From positions 1 through 64,000 of IMG/VR virus record IMGVR_UViG_3300021963_000035: a stretch of 64,000 bases of DNA; one strand, written 5' to 3'. The stretch is from a virus. A program made the position numbers and the translations under genes. How positions within the stretch are numbered: the first letter of the stretch is position 1; each line of letters starts with the position of its first letter. Under the pieces are notes generated by a model that did not search any database, was not told the origin of the DNA, and worked only from the letters and a program-made list of their open reading frames with translations. Shown one piece after another: positions 18,928 to 31,400 of this stretch.

Positions 18928-20725
18928 ATTCCCAACTCGTTCTATTTGAATTAACTCTATAAGTTAAATTATTATTTCTTGTAGGATCGTTTACTGTCAA
19001 TGCCCCGTCTGTTACAGAAGAGACATATGTAATTCCAATAAATCGTCCTGTGGTAAATCCTGCACCACTCATACTAATATTTTGTATAGTGCTTGCGATT
19101 CTGCAAGTAGTATTTGCAGCAAAACTAGCCGGAGGTGCAATAGCATTTAACAACTCTACTATCGATCCGGCGCCAGCGGATGTCTTATCCAGTCCCCTAG
19201 TATCTAAACTAAAAAATAATGGTTTAGAAGCAATAGCATCGTCTACATATTTTTTTGTTGCAGCATGCATTGGCGATGTTGGATCTGCTGATAAGGTTAG
19301 TAAACCAGTCATTGTTCCGCCTGCCACTGGAACCTTAGTGCTGTCATAAATCGTAATATCAGATGTACCGTCAAAACTAATAGTGTTTATTGATCTTGCA
19401 GTTTGAAATTTTGTAGCTGTAGCTGCATTTCCGTTTAAAGAAGCAGTGATAGTGTTAGCAGAAAAATTACCACTGTTGTCTCTCGCTACAATAAATCCAC
19501 CACTGTTTCCTGATGTTGCTTTAATATTCCATGTCTCTGGATAAGTTCCTAGATACTCAGCAGGAGCTCCTGGTTGGACATCTCTTTGAATATATGCTCC
19601 AGCTGTTAATCCAGCGCCTGCCCCTGTCGGAGCAACTATGGTAATATCACCAGTACCATCAAATGATACTCCATTAATATTTCTTGCTGTTAGTAATTTG
19701 CTAGCTGAACTAGCGTTGCCTGTAACATTACCAGTAACATTTCCTGTAAAGGTTGCATTATTGCCATCTGTCCCGCTGTCTAACACTGTAGTACCGTTAA
19801 GAGCTTTGACATCTCCTTTTACGTTTCCTACAACATTTCCAACTAAATCAGCAGTGATTACTCCTGCTGAAAAATCACCGTTGCCATCTCTAGATACTAA
19901 CTTACCACTTTGATTTGCAGAGGAAGATGTAACATTCCAAAATACCTCAGCAGATCCATTAAAGTTAGACCCTGATATGTGAGTACCGGCCCTTAAAGAA
20001 TACGGTACACTTTGATTAGCAATAGTAATATTTTGTGTTCCGTCAAAATATTGATCATTTATGTATCTTCCATTTAACAGTCTTGTAGCAGTTGATGCAT
20101 TGCCAACAAGACTTCCGGAAATATTAGCACCGGATGAAAGATTTAATCCGACAGTAATATTATTAAAACCAGTTATAGCTTCGCTAGGATCGATAGTAAA
20201 AATATTTTTAGATAAAATTGCTAGAACTGTTCCATCTACAACTAATTTTGATATCGGATAATATGTGTTGTTACCGCCTTTAATTTTTGTAGATATTAAT
20301 CTTGTGTCACCGTATCCTTGTATTGCTTCTGGACCAATTAAACTCCAGCCTGCGGCAGAATATGGACTTGTTCCATCATAAACAAATAATTGCTCAGTTG
20401 TAGATTTAAACCACAGATCTCCTTTTCCCGGAGATGTAGGAGCAGATTCTGCTACCTGTGCGTTTGCTACAGCTTTCCATCCAGTTATATCATAAACATT
20501 AACTGTCTTAGTTAACGTATTATAATAAATTTGTCCTTGTACCGGCTTTGATGGCGGTTCTGGAGCAGCAAAGTTTTCTAATAAAAATAAAAAGTTTTCG
20601 TTTTGATATTCACCATACCCGGCATAATTCCTGCCGACTAAAGTTAAGTCGGTAGTAGTGTTAATCGTGCCATCTTCTAGCACAGTTAACGCAGTTCCGC
20701 TCCATTTGTTAATCTGATATGCCAT
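18914..20725 (-). CDS. tail fibre protein with internal repeats
   Basis: Shared fibre N-terminus, three AxxAxKL/RxxxRxINxxxFDGTxxITI repeats, and ATKKYVD motif. Confidence 0.8.
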   Translation of the reverse strand: MAYQINKWSGTALTVLEDGTINTTTDLTLVGRNYAGYGEYQNENFLFLLENFAAPEPPSKPVQGQIYYNTLTKTVNVYDITGWKAVANAQVAESAPTSPGKGDLWFKSTTEQLFVYDGTSPYSAAGWSLIGPEAIQGYGDTRLISTKIKGGNNTYYPISKLVVDGTVLAILSKNIFTIDPSEAITGFNNITVGLNLSSGANISGSLVGNASTATRLLNGRYINDQYFDGTQNITIANQSVPYSLRAGTHISGSNFNGSAEVFWNVTSSSANQSGKLVSRDGNGDFSAGVITADLVGNVVGNVKGDVKALNGTTVLDSGTDGNNATFTGNVTGNVTGNASSASKLLTARNINGVSFDGTGDITIVAPTGAGAGLTAGAYIQRDVQPGAPAEYLGTYPETWNIKATSGNSGGFIVARDNSGNFSANTITASLNGNAATATKFQTARSINTISFDGTSDITIYDSTKVPVAGGTMTGLLTLSADPTSPMHAATKKYVDDAIASKPLFFSLDTRGLDKTSAGAGSIVELLNAIAPPASFAANTTCRIASTIQNISMSGAGFTTGRFIGITYVSSVTDGALTVNDPTRNNNLTYRVNSNRTSWEYVSG

Positions 20726-20739
20726 GTTTCAATTCCTAA

Positions 20740-22620
20740 TTATGGTAAATCTTGTTGCCAGGTCCACACTCCTGAGCTAATTGCGTATTCTTTTACAAGT
20801 CTTGTAATAACTATATCAGGTGTAGGCAAAGACAACGGAGAAATGTTTAAGTCTGATAAAACAGTTCCTGTAGTCGTTGGACTAACTCCCGTTACTACTA
20901 ACGAGAACGATTTACTAATCTCACTAGTAAATGTAAATGTCTCTGAAGTATTGCTGTAATAATATGTTAATACTCTACATTTAGTGTTTGGCTGATGCTC
21001 TGCAACTGGAAATAATTTTTCTATATACGTTGCAATAGCACCATTGGACAACGGAGCTCCTGGATTTAACGGATCAGATATGTCCATGCTAAAGCCTAAG
21101 TTAGCTCTTCCTACTGCATAATCAACATATGCTTTAGGGGCTGCATCATTAGCTGCACTAGGGCTTGTTACAGTGTTAGTAAATGAATCATATGTATACT
21201 TGATTTCTTTAATTTCAGATCCTGATACTCGAATAGCACCTACTCCGGCCGGATTTAAGATTAAATCAGTATTTGTAAATCTTGTAGTGATTTCATTATC
21301 ATTGATAAAAATATCATCTACTGTAAAACTTGTAAATGTACCAAAGGATGTTAATCCAGGTGCATTAGTAATTGCAGCAGATAAAGTATTTCCGTTTAAT
21401 ACTTCAACTCCGCCAATCTTAAGACTTTTTCCAGCATCAAGGTTTATATGTTCTGAGAAGTTCCAAGCACGACTGGCCAATGCCATTCTGCCGCCGGATG
21501 CCGCAGCACCATCTTTAGACCACATTATGATGTGGTCAGTGGTTCCTTTCAGTGTGATACCGCCCTGATCACCGCTATCGTCTGTAGGTGATGCAACCTT
21601 AGCAATTTCTATCAACTTGTCTTCAACTGTTAATGTCGATGTGTTAACTGTTGTTGTATCACCTAATACTGTTAAATTACCGTTTACCTGAAGATTTCCG
21701 CCTATTAAGGCTGTACTTTCTGCGTTGTTAGGAAATACACTAACTATCTGATCAAGTGGATTCACTTCAATTGCTGTCTGTAACTGAGTTCCGCTCGATC
21801 TGGCTAATAATTTTATTCGTTTACTAATAGAATCATTTTGAACTATTAGATCTCCGGATCCATCTAGATATAGTTTTGCCTGTAACGAATCGCCAAATGT
21901 ATATCCGTTATTGTTGGTCGACGATATCGATCCTTGTATATTGACTGATGGAACATCAGTTTGAAAGTATGAAGTAGACGACTTATTGTTTAACTTTTCA
22001 CTGTTTAAAGCTGTTCCGTTCCATTTTACTCCTATTAGAGTGCCCGGGGTGAATCCTATTTCAATATCAGTATTATCAGGAAAGCCAACTATTCCGACCG
22101 ATGGCCTAAATTTATCCTTACTGAATATTCCTAATAAATTTCCACCGCAGTACATTAATGCAATGGTGTGATCCAATCCTAAAGTATCAGTTGATGTCTG
22201 TACTCTAAAGCCTGTCTCTTTTTGTAATTCAGTATAAATCGGAGCTACTAATATCAAAGTAGTTCCATCGTAAAAAAATAATTGATTGGTTCTATCGTTA
22301 AACCAGAGATCTCCCGCTCCCAAACTTAACGGTTGATTAACTGAGATTGTAGCAGTCCCTACTGAAACAAAGTCTAATCCGTTGTAAACTTTTAATTTCT
22401 GTTCTGTAGTATCATACCAAAGCTGACCACTAATCGGACTAGTTGGTTGTGTTGTACTAGAAAAATTCTCAAGCAATTTAACAAAGTTTTCGTTGATGTA
22501 TTCACCAAACCCGCTATAATTCTTTCCCACAAGTGTTAGAGACGAACTTAGCTGATCTATCTGACCATCTGCTACCGTTGCTAGAGTATTTCCATCTGAT
22601 TTATTAATAATATAAGACAT
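20740..22620 (-). CDS. tail fibre protein
   Basis: Shared N-terminus (LVGKNYSGFGEYINENFVKLLENFS...GQLWYD), GNLTVLGDTTTVNTSTLTVEDK and APKAYVD motifs. Confidence 0.8.
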   Translation of the reverse strand: MSYIINKSDGNTLATVADGQIDQLSSSLTLVGKNYSGFGEYINENFVKLLENFSSTTQPTSPISGQLWYDTTEQKLKVYNGLDFVSVGTATISVNQPLSLGAGDLWFNDRTNQLFFYDGTTLILVAPIYTELQKETGFRVQTSTDTLGLDHTIALMYCGGNLLGIFSKDKFRPSVGIVGFPDNTDIEIGFTPGTLIGVKWNGTALNSEKLNNKSSTSYFQTDVPSVNIQGSISSTNNNGYTFGDSLQAKLYLDGSGDLIVQNDSISKRIKLLARSSGTQLQTAIEVNPLDQIVSVFPNNAESTALIGGNLQVNGNLTVLGDTTTVNTSTLTVEDKLIEIAKVASPTDDSGDQGGITLKGTTDHIIMWSKDGAAASGGRMALASRAWNFSEHINLDAGKSLKIGGVEVLNGNTLSAAITNAPGLTSFGTFTSFTVDDIFINDNEITTRFTNTDLILNPAGVGAIRVSGSEIKEIKYTYDSFTNTVTSPSAANDAAPKAYVDYAVGRANLGFSMDISDPLNPGAPLSNGAIATYIEKLFPVAEHQPNTKCRVLTYYYSNTSETFTFTSEISKSFSLVVTGVSPTTTGTVLSDLNISPLSLPTPDIVITRLVKEYAISSGVWTWQQDLP

Positions 22621-22631
22621 TTATTTTTCCA

Positions 22632-24752
22632 TTATGTCAAAGTAGTGAACTTATCGACACCATATCTAATGATATAGTTGACTGTTAAGAACGGATTCAT
22701 TAAAGAGAACGATTGTCCTAGACTAGCCAGTGTTCTATCTTTAATACCACCCGATGTTGGCAGTCCTTGTAACTGATTCGAAACATATGACGATGGTCCA
22801 GAAATTAGTTGACCGCCGTCTTGAGGAGTAGCAGTGTCTGCTCTATAGGCATAATACTGTTCACCCTTAGTACCATTTAAGTTTGTTCCTTTTAGATCGT
22901 GCTCGTGTTGAGGAAGATTTGATATTGACAGCGACGATGTAGCTGCTCCGGAGAATCCACCCAGTGTCGTTGCTTGATCACCTGGGACACGTCTAGGATT
23001 AGGAGTACCACCGCCTGCATCAACTACTCCGACTAGATTACCGTTATCCATATCTTCTTTACCTAATGCAAATCTACCTCTTAAATCAGGTAACTTGAAG
23101 TACAATGTGGGATCGCCGATCCAGGTATAATTTAAAGGGACATACTTGTCTAAAATTATATCGTATAGATCTCTATATCTATTTTTTAACACTTCACTAC
23201 CGTCGCATAAGAAAAATCCAGGAGGTGCAATATTTCCTGCATAAGGTAAAATAGCACCAACAGGAATTCCTAAGCTGCCTACAAAATTATCTCGGGTCAT
23301 CCTTCTAATTTTATCTGTAGTGGTTGCGTTAGGAACGTAAACTAAAAGTTGAGTAGTATCATCCGAAGTAGTAATTGTTGACTTGTTTGTAAACAAGTTT
23401 ACAGATAATGTAGTCGGGAATGTTTTATTATACCCGCCTGTTGCACCGTCGAACGATACTGGATCAGACACCACATCTCCAGTTAACTGGAATGTTGTGC
23501 TTTGTTTTAAAGAATCAGCTGTACCAGCTGTTCCTGTAATATTTCCGCTAAAAGATCCTTCAAAGGTATCTGCCACTACTCGCTTTGCATATACGTTATT
23601 AAATCTGTTTCCGCCAGCAGTAGAATCTGCACCTATATCATAAAGATTTGATGTCTTAGGTAATATAGTATTCATCGTAGAAGTATTTTGTACTTCTAGA
23701 TTTCCTCCGATAACAGCACTCTTAGTAACTGCAATGCCACCTGCTGTCTGTATACTACCGCTAGAAAGATTTACGGCCGAAGCTGTATTTGTAATGTATA
23801 AAGTGCCAGACAGTTTCTGATTACCAATTATATCTAAAGATTCTTGAGGATCTAATTGATTAATACCAACAGATTCGTTCTTAATTCTAATTACTGTGTT
23901 TGGCTGTGATAATTTACTAGTCTGTATATCAATTGGATTACCAGCTAATGAGTTATAAATCTTGGCACCGGTTGCTGTATTTTGTAACTTAAATTCGCTG
24001 TTAATTACTAGACCGTTAGAGTTATTAATATTAAATTGATTATCAACTGTATTAATTTGATCAGTTCTTAAAAATTTAGTAGCCGATACATCAGTAGTAC
24101 CAATTCTTAATGCTTCTGCTGATGTTGATATTCCAATTAATTTAGTGACATATCCAGCATCCAATGTGGTGGTTGTTATATTCAAACCAGGTTTGATACC
24201 TTGTTCAAATCCTGAAATAGTTGTCTTGGGACTGAATGCAACTGAGCTAACAATTGCTACCGGCTTGTCGTCTACATAAAAACTTAATACTGTTTTCGAT
24301 GTCGTGTCTTGTGCTACAATGGTTTCAACTAACGGCCCGGTTCTTGTTCCGCCGCTATAGAACGGTCCGACTAAAATCCACCTAGAACCAGAATAAATTG
24401 ATAACTGTTGATTACTGGTATTAACCCATAGATCGCCCTGCCTGCTTGAAGCAGCATCCGGTTCTTCTACTCCGGTTTGTATATTGCTTGCAGCCTTCCA
24501 ATTGGTACTATCCCAAACTTTTAATTGTTCGTTTTGCGTATCATACCACAATTGACCTTCAACTGCATTAATTGGTTTTGAACCTGAAGCAAAATTTTCT
24601 AGTAAATGTAAAAAATTCTCAGCAATAATTTGACCATAGCCTGTAACATTTCTTCCAGGAAATATTAAGCTGGTATCAGTATTAGAAGTATTGTCATATA
24701 CTGTAATAGGTACTTTAGTATTTTTATCTGTAAAATTGACTGTATATGGCAT
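22632..24752 (-). CDS. tail fibre protein with phage tail-collar domain (gp12-like)
   Basis: Shared N-terminus. Collar domain IPVGAILPYAG...GFFLCDGSEV...FKLPDLRGRF, LPQHEH and NPFLTVNYII. Confidence 0.85.
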   Translation of the reverse strand: MPYTVNFTDKNTKVPITVYDNTSNTDTSLIFPGRNVTGYGQIIAENFLHLLENFASGSKPINAVEGQLWYDTQNEQLKVWDSTNWKAASNIQTGVEEPDAASSRQGDLWVNTSNQQLSIYSGSRWILVGPFYSGGTRTGPLVETIVAQDTTSKTVLSFYVDDKPVAIVSSVAFSPKTTISGFEQGIKPGLNITTTTLDAGYVTKLIGISTSAEALRIGTTDVSATKFLRTDQINTVDNQFNINNSNGLVINSEFKLQNTATGAKIYNSLAGNPIDIQTSKLSQPNTVIRIKNESVGINQLDPQESLDIIGNQKLSGTLYITNTASAVNLSSGSIQTAGGIAVTKSAVIGGNLEVQNTSTMNTILPKTSNLYDIGADSTAGGNRFNNVYAKRVVADTFEGSFSGNITGTAGTADSLKQSTTFQLTGDVVSDPVSFDGATGGYNKTFPTTLSVNLFTNKSTITTSDDTTQLLVYVPNATTTDKIRRMTRDNFVGSLGIPVGAILPYAGNIAPPGFFLCDGSEVLKNRYRDLYDIILDKYVPLNYTWIGDPTLYFKLPDLRGRFALGKEDMDNGNLVGVVDAGGGTPNPRRVPGDQATTLGGFSGAATSSLSISNLPQHEHDLKGTNLNGTKGEQYYAYRADTATPQDGGQLISGPSSYVSNQLQGLPTSGGIKDRTLASLGQSFSLMNPFLTVNYIIRYGVDKFTTLT

Positions 24753-24754
24753 CT

Positions 24755-25402
24755 TTATACCTCAGTGAAACCGGTTAAGCTCTGAACACGGATTGTGTAA
24801 TCAATCTGCAACAATCTGTTCAAAGATTTCTGTACAGGATGGAATATAACGTGTGTCAACAGTTTGTAATTTCCTGCAGGATCGTATCCTTTTAAACCTA
24901 ACTCGTCAAAAACAAAATTACCGTCCATTGATTGACTATTATCAAACGCCTCTTGCCCTAACGGCTCTCCATAATCTAAAAAACAACTAACCACAATATC
25001 TGTATATGTTGCTCCACTTATATGACGAATTTCCATTTTATTTCTAACGGGATCCAAATTATCTTTTTGGTATTCGTCTACTACTTTGGCATAAGTTTGA
25101 TTATACAAACTGGAATTTGTTCCTGTTGTATTCGGAGTCAAATAAGTTATCAATCCTGTAGGATCAACCGTTGTTCCGCCTGTTCCAAAAACCATCTGAT
25201 AAATGGTTCCTTTGCCCTGAGCTGCAAGACTATTAGCTAGGGCAGTACTCATGTTTTCGTAATGAATTGCATTGCGTTTATTAACAGCAATTTCTCCAGT
25301 ATCAGGGTACCATATTTTAATATGACCTTCGACATGAAACCCAGCAAATTCGTTAGGTTTTTTAGTGTTTTCTAAGTTTGACATAGTTAGATTTTCTTCC
25401 AT
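24755..25402 (-). CDS. baseplate / fibre-attachment structural protein
   Basis: 215 aa between the giant wedge gene and the fibres, with FDELGL...LLTHVIFHPVQKS. Confidence 0.6.
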   Translation of the reverse strand: MEENLTMSNLENTKKPNEFAGFHVEGHIKIWYPDTGEIAVNKRNAIHYENMSTALANSLAAQGKGTIYQMVFGTGGTTVDPTGLITYLTPNTTGTNSSLYNQTYAKVVDEYQKDNLDPVRNKMEIRHISGATYTDIVVSCFLDYGEPLGQEAFDNSQSMDGNFVFDELGLKGYDPAGNYKLLTHVIFHPVQKSLNRLLQIDYTIRVQSLTGFTEV

Positions 25403-25406
25403 CTTG

Positions 25407-25413
25407 TATTTAT
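25407..25413 (-). promoter_or_regulatory. late promoter motif ATAAATA
   Basis: ATAAATACAAGATG on the minus strand, overlapping the upstream stop codon. Confidence 0.55.
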
Positions 25414-28400
25414 TCGGGTAATTTTGTAGTCTTATTTCTCAAGAAATTAGCTACAGGAGTGGTATTATCAAGCAATGTAGTGCCCGACGATGCTGTAGTT
25501 AATCCCTGATCGTAAAAAATCTGCCCAGTACGCTTAATTACTGTAATTCTCACACCGGCAGGTACAGCTTTAGTTAATCTAATGTAAGGAGTTTTTCCGT
25601 TGACACTAAAGTCTGCTTCAACATCAATGTCTGCTGCTGGACTTTCTAATCCGTTGTTTTCAGAATACTGCTTATATGAGTCTTTAACTAATCGTTTGCC
25701 TTGGATAAAGACCTCCAGTTGATCGCAAGGGCCATAAGTAGACGGTATTGTATTTCTATACCAGCTCGATCTTGTGCCTTGTGCCGGAGTGAAGCTCAGA
25801 GGACCTATTAGCAGAGTTGATCCGTCACTAACAAAATCTTCTCTAGCTTGATACTCTCGATATGGTAGAGATTGATAAATGCTGACATCTACTACTTTGG
25901 ATCCAATTTCGTGTGACTCGGCAATCGCTGAACCGTACACTCCTCTTCTTAATTGTCCTAGTATGTTACCAGTTTTAGTGTAGTACTCGATACGCTCGCT
26001 ATTGACGAATATTGTTCCTGGTACTCGATCTGCAACATTCGGAACCGGTAACGAACTAGCATCATTTACTTCTATAACAGTATCATAATACTTTAATTCT
26101 TTTGCCAATTCGACAGAGTTTATAGAGTAATTTGTGAAATGATTATGATTCAACATATCTTTATAAAGCTCGTACGCAACTGGATCTTTATAGACATTGT
26201 TTCCAAATATTAATACTGTAATAATATCTGTATCTATAGTTTCTACTCTTAATTCAGCTATGCTGTAAAGTTTGTTATAGCTGTAGTCAACTTCAGGAGT
26301 TAGTCGATGGCCGTTCTTGTAAATCCAAATAAATGAATTTGAGATAGACTGTCTCCTAATAGGTAGAGATGTTTTGCTACCGACAAATCTATCTTTAACT
26401 AAAGATAGTGTTGAGTATTCACTGAACCAGGTTACTAATATTTGATCATTAGGATTTAAACTTAACGAACTATCAAAAACAATATTATTATTAGAAATTG
26501 TATATTTGACATCTCTTACAATTTCTACAATAATTTCATCATTAATTGTTAATTCAGAACTTAATACTGTTAAGGTATTTGTTTGACCGTCAAACAACCA
26601 TTGTCTAATAAATTCAGCAAGGACATTATTAATATAAACCTTTATCTGAGATAATAGTATTGATCCTGAAGCAACTGCTGGATCAGTTCCTATAACAAAA
26701 GAATTATTTGAACCATTATATTTTACTGATAACATGTCTCCCGAATCAATATATAATCCGTTAACTTCTACTATCATGTTTCCAGCAGCAGAAGCTTTTT
26801 CTAAACTAACAAAGTTATCAAGAGAATAAGTTCTTGTAGATCCGTCGTATATTATTGTTTGTTGATTAATTCTTATAGGAGTTTTATCAATTAAAGAATT
26901 GTTCAATCCTCCCATAACAAGAATCTTAATTTGATCACCAACGTTAGGAGCGCCAGGAAATTCTACTGCTGTATTATTAGTATTATTCAAGACTGTTGCA
27001 GAATTAATGAATATTGCCGATGACTCAATTCCATTTACTGTAGCAACTATTTTACTAGTATCTGCGTACCTTGCATTAGTTACAAAGAATCTCGTATTTC
27101 CGTCGCCTACAAATTCTACATAGTCTAGTATTCCATATCCGCCCGGACCGAAGCTAACAATTTCTATCGGTATTCCAAATGAAGGTGGATTTAAAAATTC
27201 AATAGTGCCGACGTCTAAGTTTACCCAAGCATCAGAAGTTGTATCATATTTGTCAAGTGTTAATACTTGTTTTATTTTGTCAAGATAAACTGCAACTGCA
27301 TTAAACTCTAAGATGCTTTGGCCAATTTCAAACTTTCTGTTTATTCCATTGCCAAAGTAAACTCTGCTTAATACATTAGGAGCTCCGATATTAACTGAAG
27401 TAAAAACTTTAATAGATACAGAATCTAATACTTGACCAGGAATATTTTCCTCAGGAGCAGGCACCTGTGACGGGCTGATGAATGTTTCGCCATAAACTAA
27501 AATTTCATCTACAGTCTTACCTGTAGCAGTCGTATACAGACTATTGGTGTTCGCCAATGTACCGCCACTTAGATTTGTATCTAAAACATTTAGATCGCTG
27601 ATTACTACAGTTCCGTCGCTATCACTAGATCTAAATATTAAAATGTCACCAGCCTGTGTGTGAAGATTGTAAGGTAAATTAACTGACTTAGTTACTCCGT
27701 TTCCTACAAATGTATTCATTACTGCGGTAACTGGAGCAGATGTTTTTCCATTTGGCTGAACTGTCGAGCCGTCATACACATCATAGTAAGGATCGTCAAT
27801 TCTTGTAAACTTTCCTGTCTTATCAGGAAGCGTAGAAAAGTCTCCTCGCTTAATGTAGACGTTAATCGCTTGACCTATTGCAGGAACGTATGGCAATTCA
27901 ACTGATGTTGTGCTGCCGTCTGCTATAACATAATAGTCGCTATTTGCAGATACGCTGTCCCAACTGTCACTAAACCAAGGCAATGCGTCCCAACCCCCTG
28001 TTGCGGTGAATGACGATCCTTGTATAATCACTCCGCCGAAGTCTATACCTGTCATTAGCTGTTCTGTATTGTTTCCTATCATTCCAGCATCTGGGGAATA
28101 AAACTTGTTTATTCTGTCAACGCTGTCTAATATAGAATCATTTTTTTCATAAGATATTTTGATCGATGCACCGTTAACAGGAACATATGAGAATTTAACT
28201 CTGCCTTTTAATACAGAATTTCCATCAATTTCTTTAGTGTATAAAGTAACTGTGTAAAGATTTGATAAAATTAAATTATTGTCAATATAGATAGTAAATT
28301 TAGATCTATCTCTAGTAGGAGGATATTTTAAATCAAACACCGCTGTTCTGCCATTAGCAGTTAAAGTTTCTTCTTGCGTAAACTTAGTGAAAGATCCTTG

Positions 28401-31400
28401 TTTTGAAATCCTATCGAATTTAATTCCAAGATTCATCGATCGTACAACGCCTCGACCAATCGTTGCATAGGCCGTTGCCGTTAATGATAAATCAGTATTT
28501 CCGCCAACTAATTCTACTGTAGGAGATGTTATATAACCAGATCCTGATGTTAAAACAACTACACCAGAAACCTTTCCGTTTGCAATATAAGCTTTAGCAG
28601 TGGCACCTGATCCTCCGCCACCGGTGATTAAAACTTGTGGGGGATTAATGTAACCCGATCCTGCATAATAAACATTAATTTCAGAAATTCCGTAGCTGTT
28701 ATTATCTGCCCAGAATTTCCAAGGATAAGTCGAAGTTATTTCATTTGTCGATTTAACTGGTAATACTTGCCCTTCCGATTTATTAAATGTCGGTGGCAAA
28801 TCAAAATCTGAAATTATAGATCGTGTTTGATCTAGGCTATCATAACAACTTGTATACTCTCTTATTTTTGTTCTATATGGTTTTACTTCTTTTAGGTATT
28901 CTTCAAAGCTTTCTAAATTATCATTTTGATAATGTGTTTTTTGTACTAAATCGCCAACGCTGTGTAGAGCCTGTAAGAAGCTGGTCTTGAATGCCCAATC
29001 TACATATAGTTGTTCTGAGAAAACATAATGAATACTATTAAAGAAAATTTGATTCCATTTATATTGCAAATCATCTATTAATATATCAGTTTTGATAGCT
29101 TCTATAATATTTCTCGTTTCAGCCAATGGTTGCTTATCGTACGCAGCGAAATCGTAAGTGCCAACATTATCATAACCAACTTGATTAATTGAAGTATCAT
29201 AAAGAGTACTAGAAATTTGTATTGTTCCGTTCTGTCTACCGATTAATTCATATTTCTTGTTTAGTGTTGTAGCAGTAACATCGACTACCTGCAACACTGC
29301 CCATCCACCTGATCCGTATTCAGAAACTTTTACCAACGAATTATTTTCTAATTCAGTTAACGTATCGTCTAAATATAGACCAAGAATTTCGTGGTCGATT
29401 CTTGTAGAAGAACTAAAACCAGTTTTCCACCAATCAACATAGGACCAATATTTGGTAGTATCATATCCCTGTGTTAGAGATCTATAATACTGGCTTGTTC
29501 GATCTTCATATTGATATACAGTCCAATAATTATTATAAGTTTCGTCGTTGGTGACTAGTACCGAGAACCCTCTAACAGTTAATGTTATAGAATCATACTT
29601 TTTACCTTTGTTGATAATAGTATACCCTGTAATTCTTCCAGAATTATCTATGGTTAACTCAACTTTAGCACCGACTCCAGTACCGGAAATTGTTACTGGT
29701 GGCGGAATTCTATAACCAAAACCAGAATCTAATATATCAAGTGATTCTAGTTTTCCGTCAATGATATTACCTCTCAGAGATGCCGTTCTAACTTTAGGGA
29801 CTGTTAATTGTGTTAGGTCCAAATAAGTTTCAACAGTAATATCATATAGATTCAATAACGGATTTGGAATCTCATCAACTGACCCCAATCTTTCAAAGTT
29901 TAAATTATCTGCAAAAGGTTTAGTAGTTAAAATTTCATTAACATTATCTAAGAAAATTTTAAAAGCTGTGGATCTATCTATAAACATACTCTGTCTTGGT
30001 CTAAAAGATAGCCCATATTTCTGTTTTGCAGATAATGACGGATCTGGCACTTTGTTACCCATTGTGTCGTATCCAACTAAACTGTCAATCCATTTTCTTT
30101 CTAATGTTTCTGCTGGTATACTATCAGCAACACCTTCTGTTAATAACTGATATTCATTATGAATTAAATTAATATTTTTATTTTCTTTATACCATTGTAT
30201 GTTGAATAATATTTGATCTTTTGTAAGAACTTTATCAAAATTGAATGCAACATACTCGTTGATTCCTATTACACCGATATAAGGAATTCCAGCCAATGAC
30301 GGTGAATTAATAAATGCAGCCACAGATGCTGCACTAATAGATCTGTTCTTAATGTCTGGAACAACAACAGTATTTTTTACCCAGTAATAATATAAAGTTT
30401 TATTAATTAAACCTGTGTTCGTATCATAAAACTCTTTAGAGTTGTATGTGGAATCATCAGGATATAATGGCTGTCCGCTTATTCCAACAGCCAATCCTTC
30501 ATTAGTGTCTGCAACCAACGACCATTCAGAAGGTAGTAATTCTGTTTCTATCCATTCATAAATGTCAACACTTGAACCTACAACCTGTTGATTCCAATGT
30601 CCTGTCCTGTAGGCAGTAGTTCCTTGCTCATAATTTAGCCATTTAGCAGTATCGGAATTCCACCAAAGCATTCCTATCTGATCTCCGTACCAGGCTTGAT
30701 TAGAATCAACTACTACTTGTTCTTCATTTCCTCTAGAATAGAATGCAGGATCATAAGGATTTTTAAATCTAATCTCTTCTTCGACTATTCCTAAAAACTT
30801 TCCTTTATAGTGATCAACTATATCAATATCTGCAATCTTAACATTTTTAGAAGGATCGTAGACTGATAAACTCTTGATTAATGATATGTTGGATTGTAAC
30901 TGTTGTTTGGCCAAATTCGTCCAGACAACTTTATCTTGTTGTTTTGTGTATAGCCTTATTTGTCCAGCAGTAGTTAAGACATTTGGCTCATCATTATATG
31001 TCGGTGAACCAACAAGAACAAAATTTTCTGTTGCAGAAATACTGTATCCAAAACTTTCGTTTGGTACAAAGTCTGCATCAAGATCTTCTGCTAACAGATA
31101 TTCAGTATCTTGTTTTTCAAAAACATAAACTCTTCCTGACGATCCCCTGGCCTGACTAAACGTAGTCGTTCCATTGTCAAAGACTGTGTTGTCCGAGAAT
31201 CTTGTTTTTAATCTCGAAGTTGAATTTGCTGCACCAACAACTAAACGATTTCCACTTGGAGTAAGAATTAAGTTACTTCCGAACTTTTCAAATGCTTCTA
31301 AATCTAATCCGTTAATCTTGTTAGTTAATTTATAGTTCGGTGATGTTGCAGAATTTTTAAGTACATAAACTAATCCGCTGTCTGTTAGATTAAAATCTCC

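Noticed and set aside
16105-24752. Diversity-generating retroelement acting on tail fibres
   Set aside because: No reverse transcriptase and no near-identical TR/VR nucleotide pair differing at adenines. The fibre repeats are old protein-level duplications.
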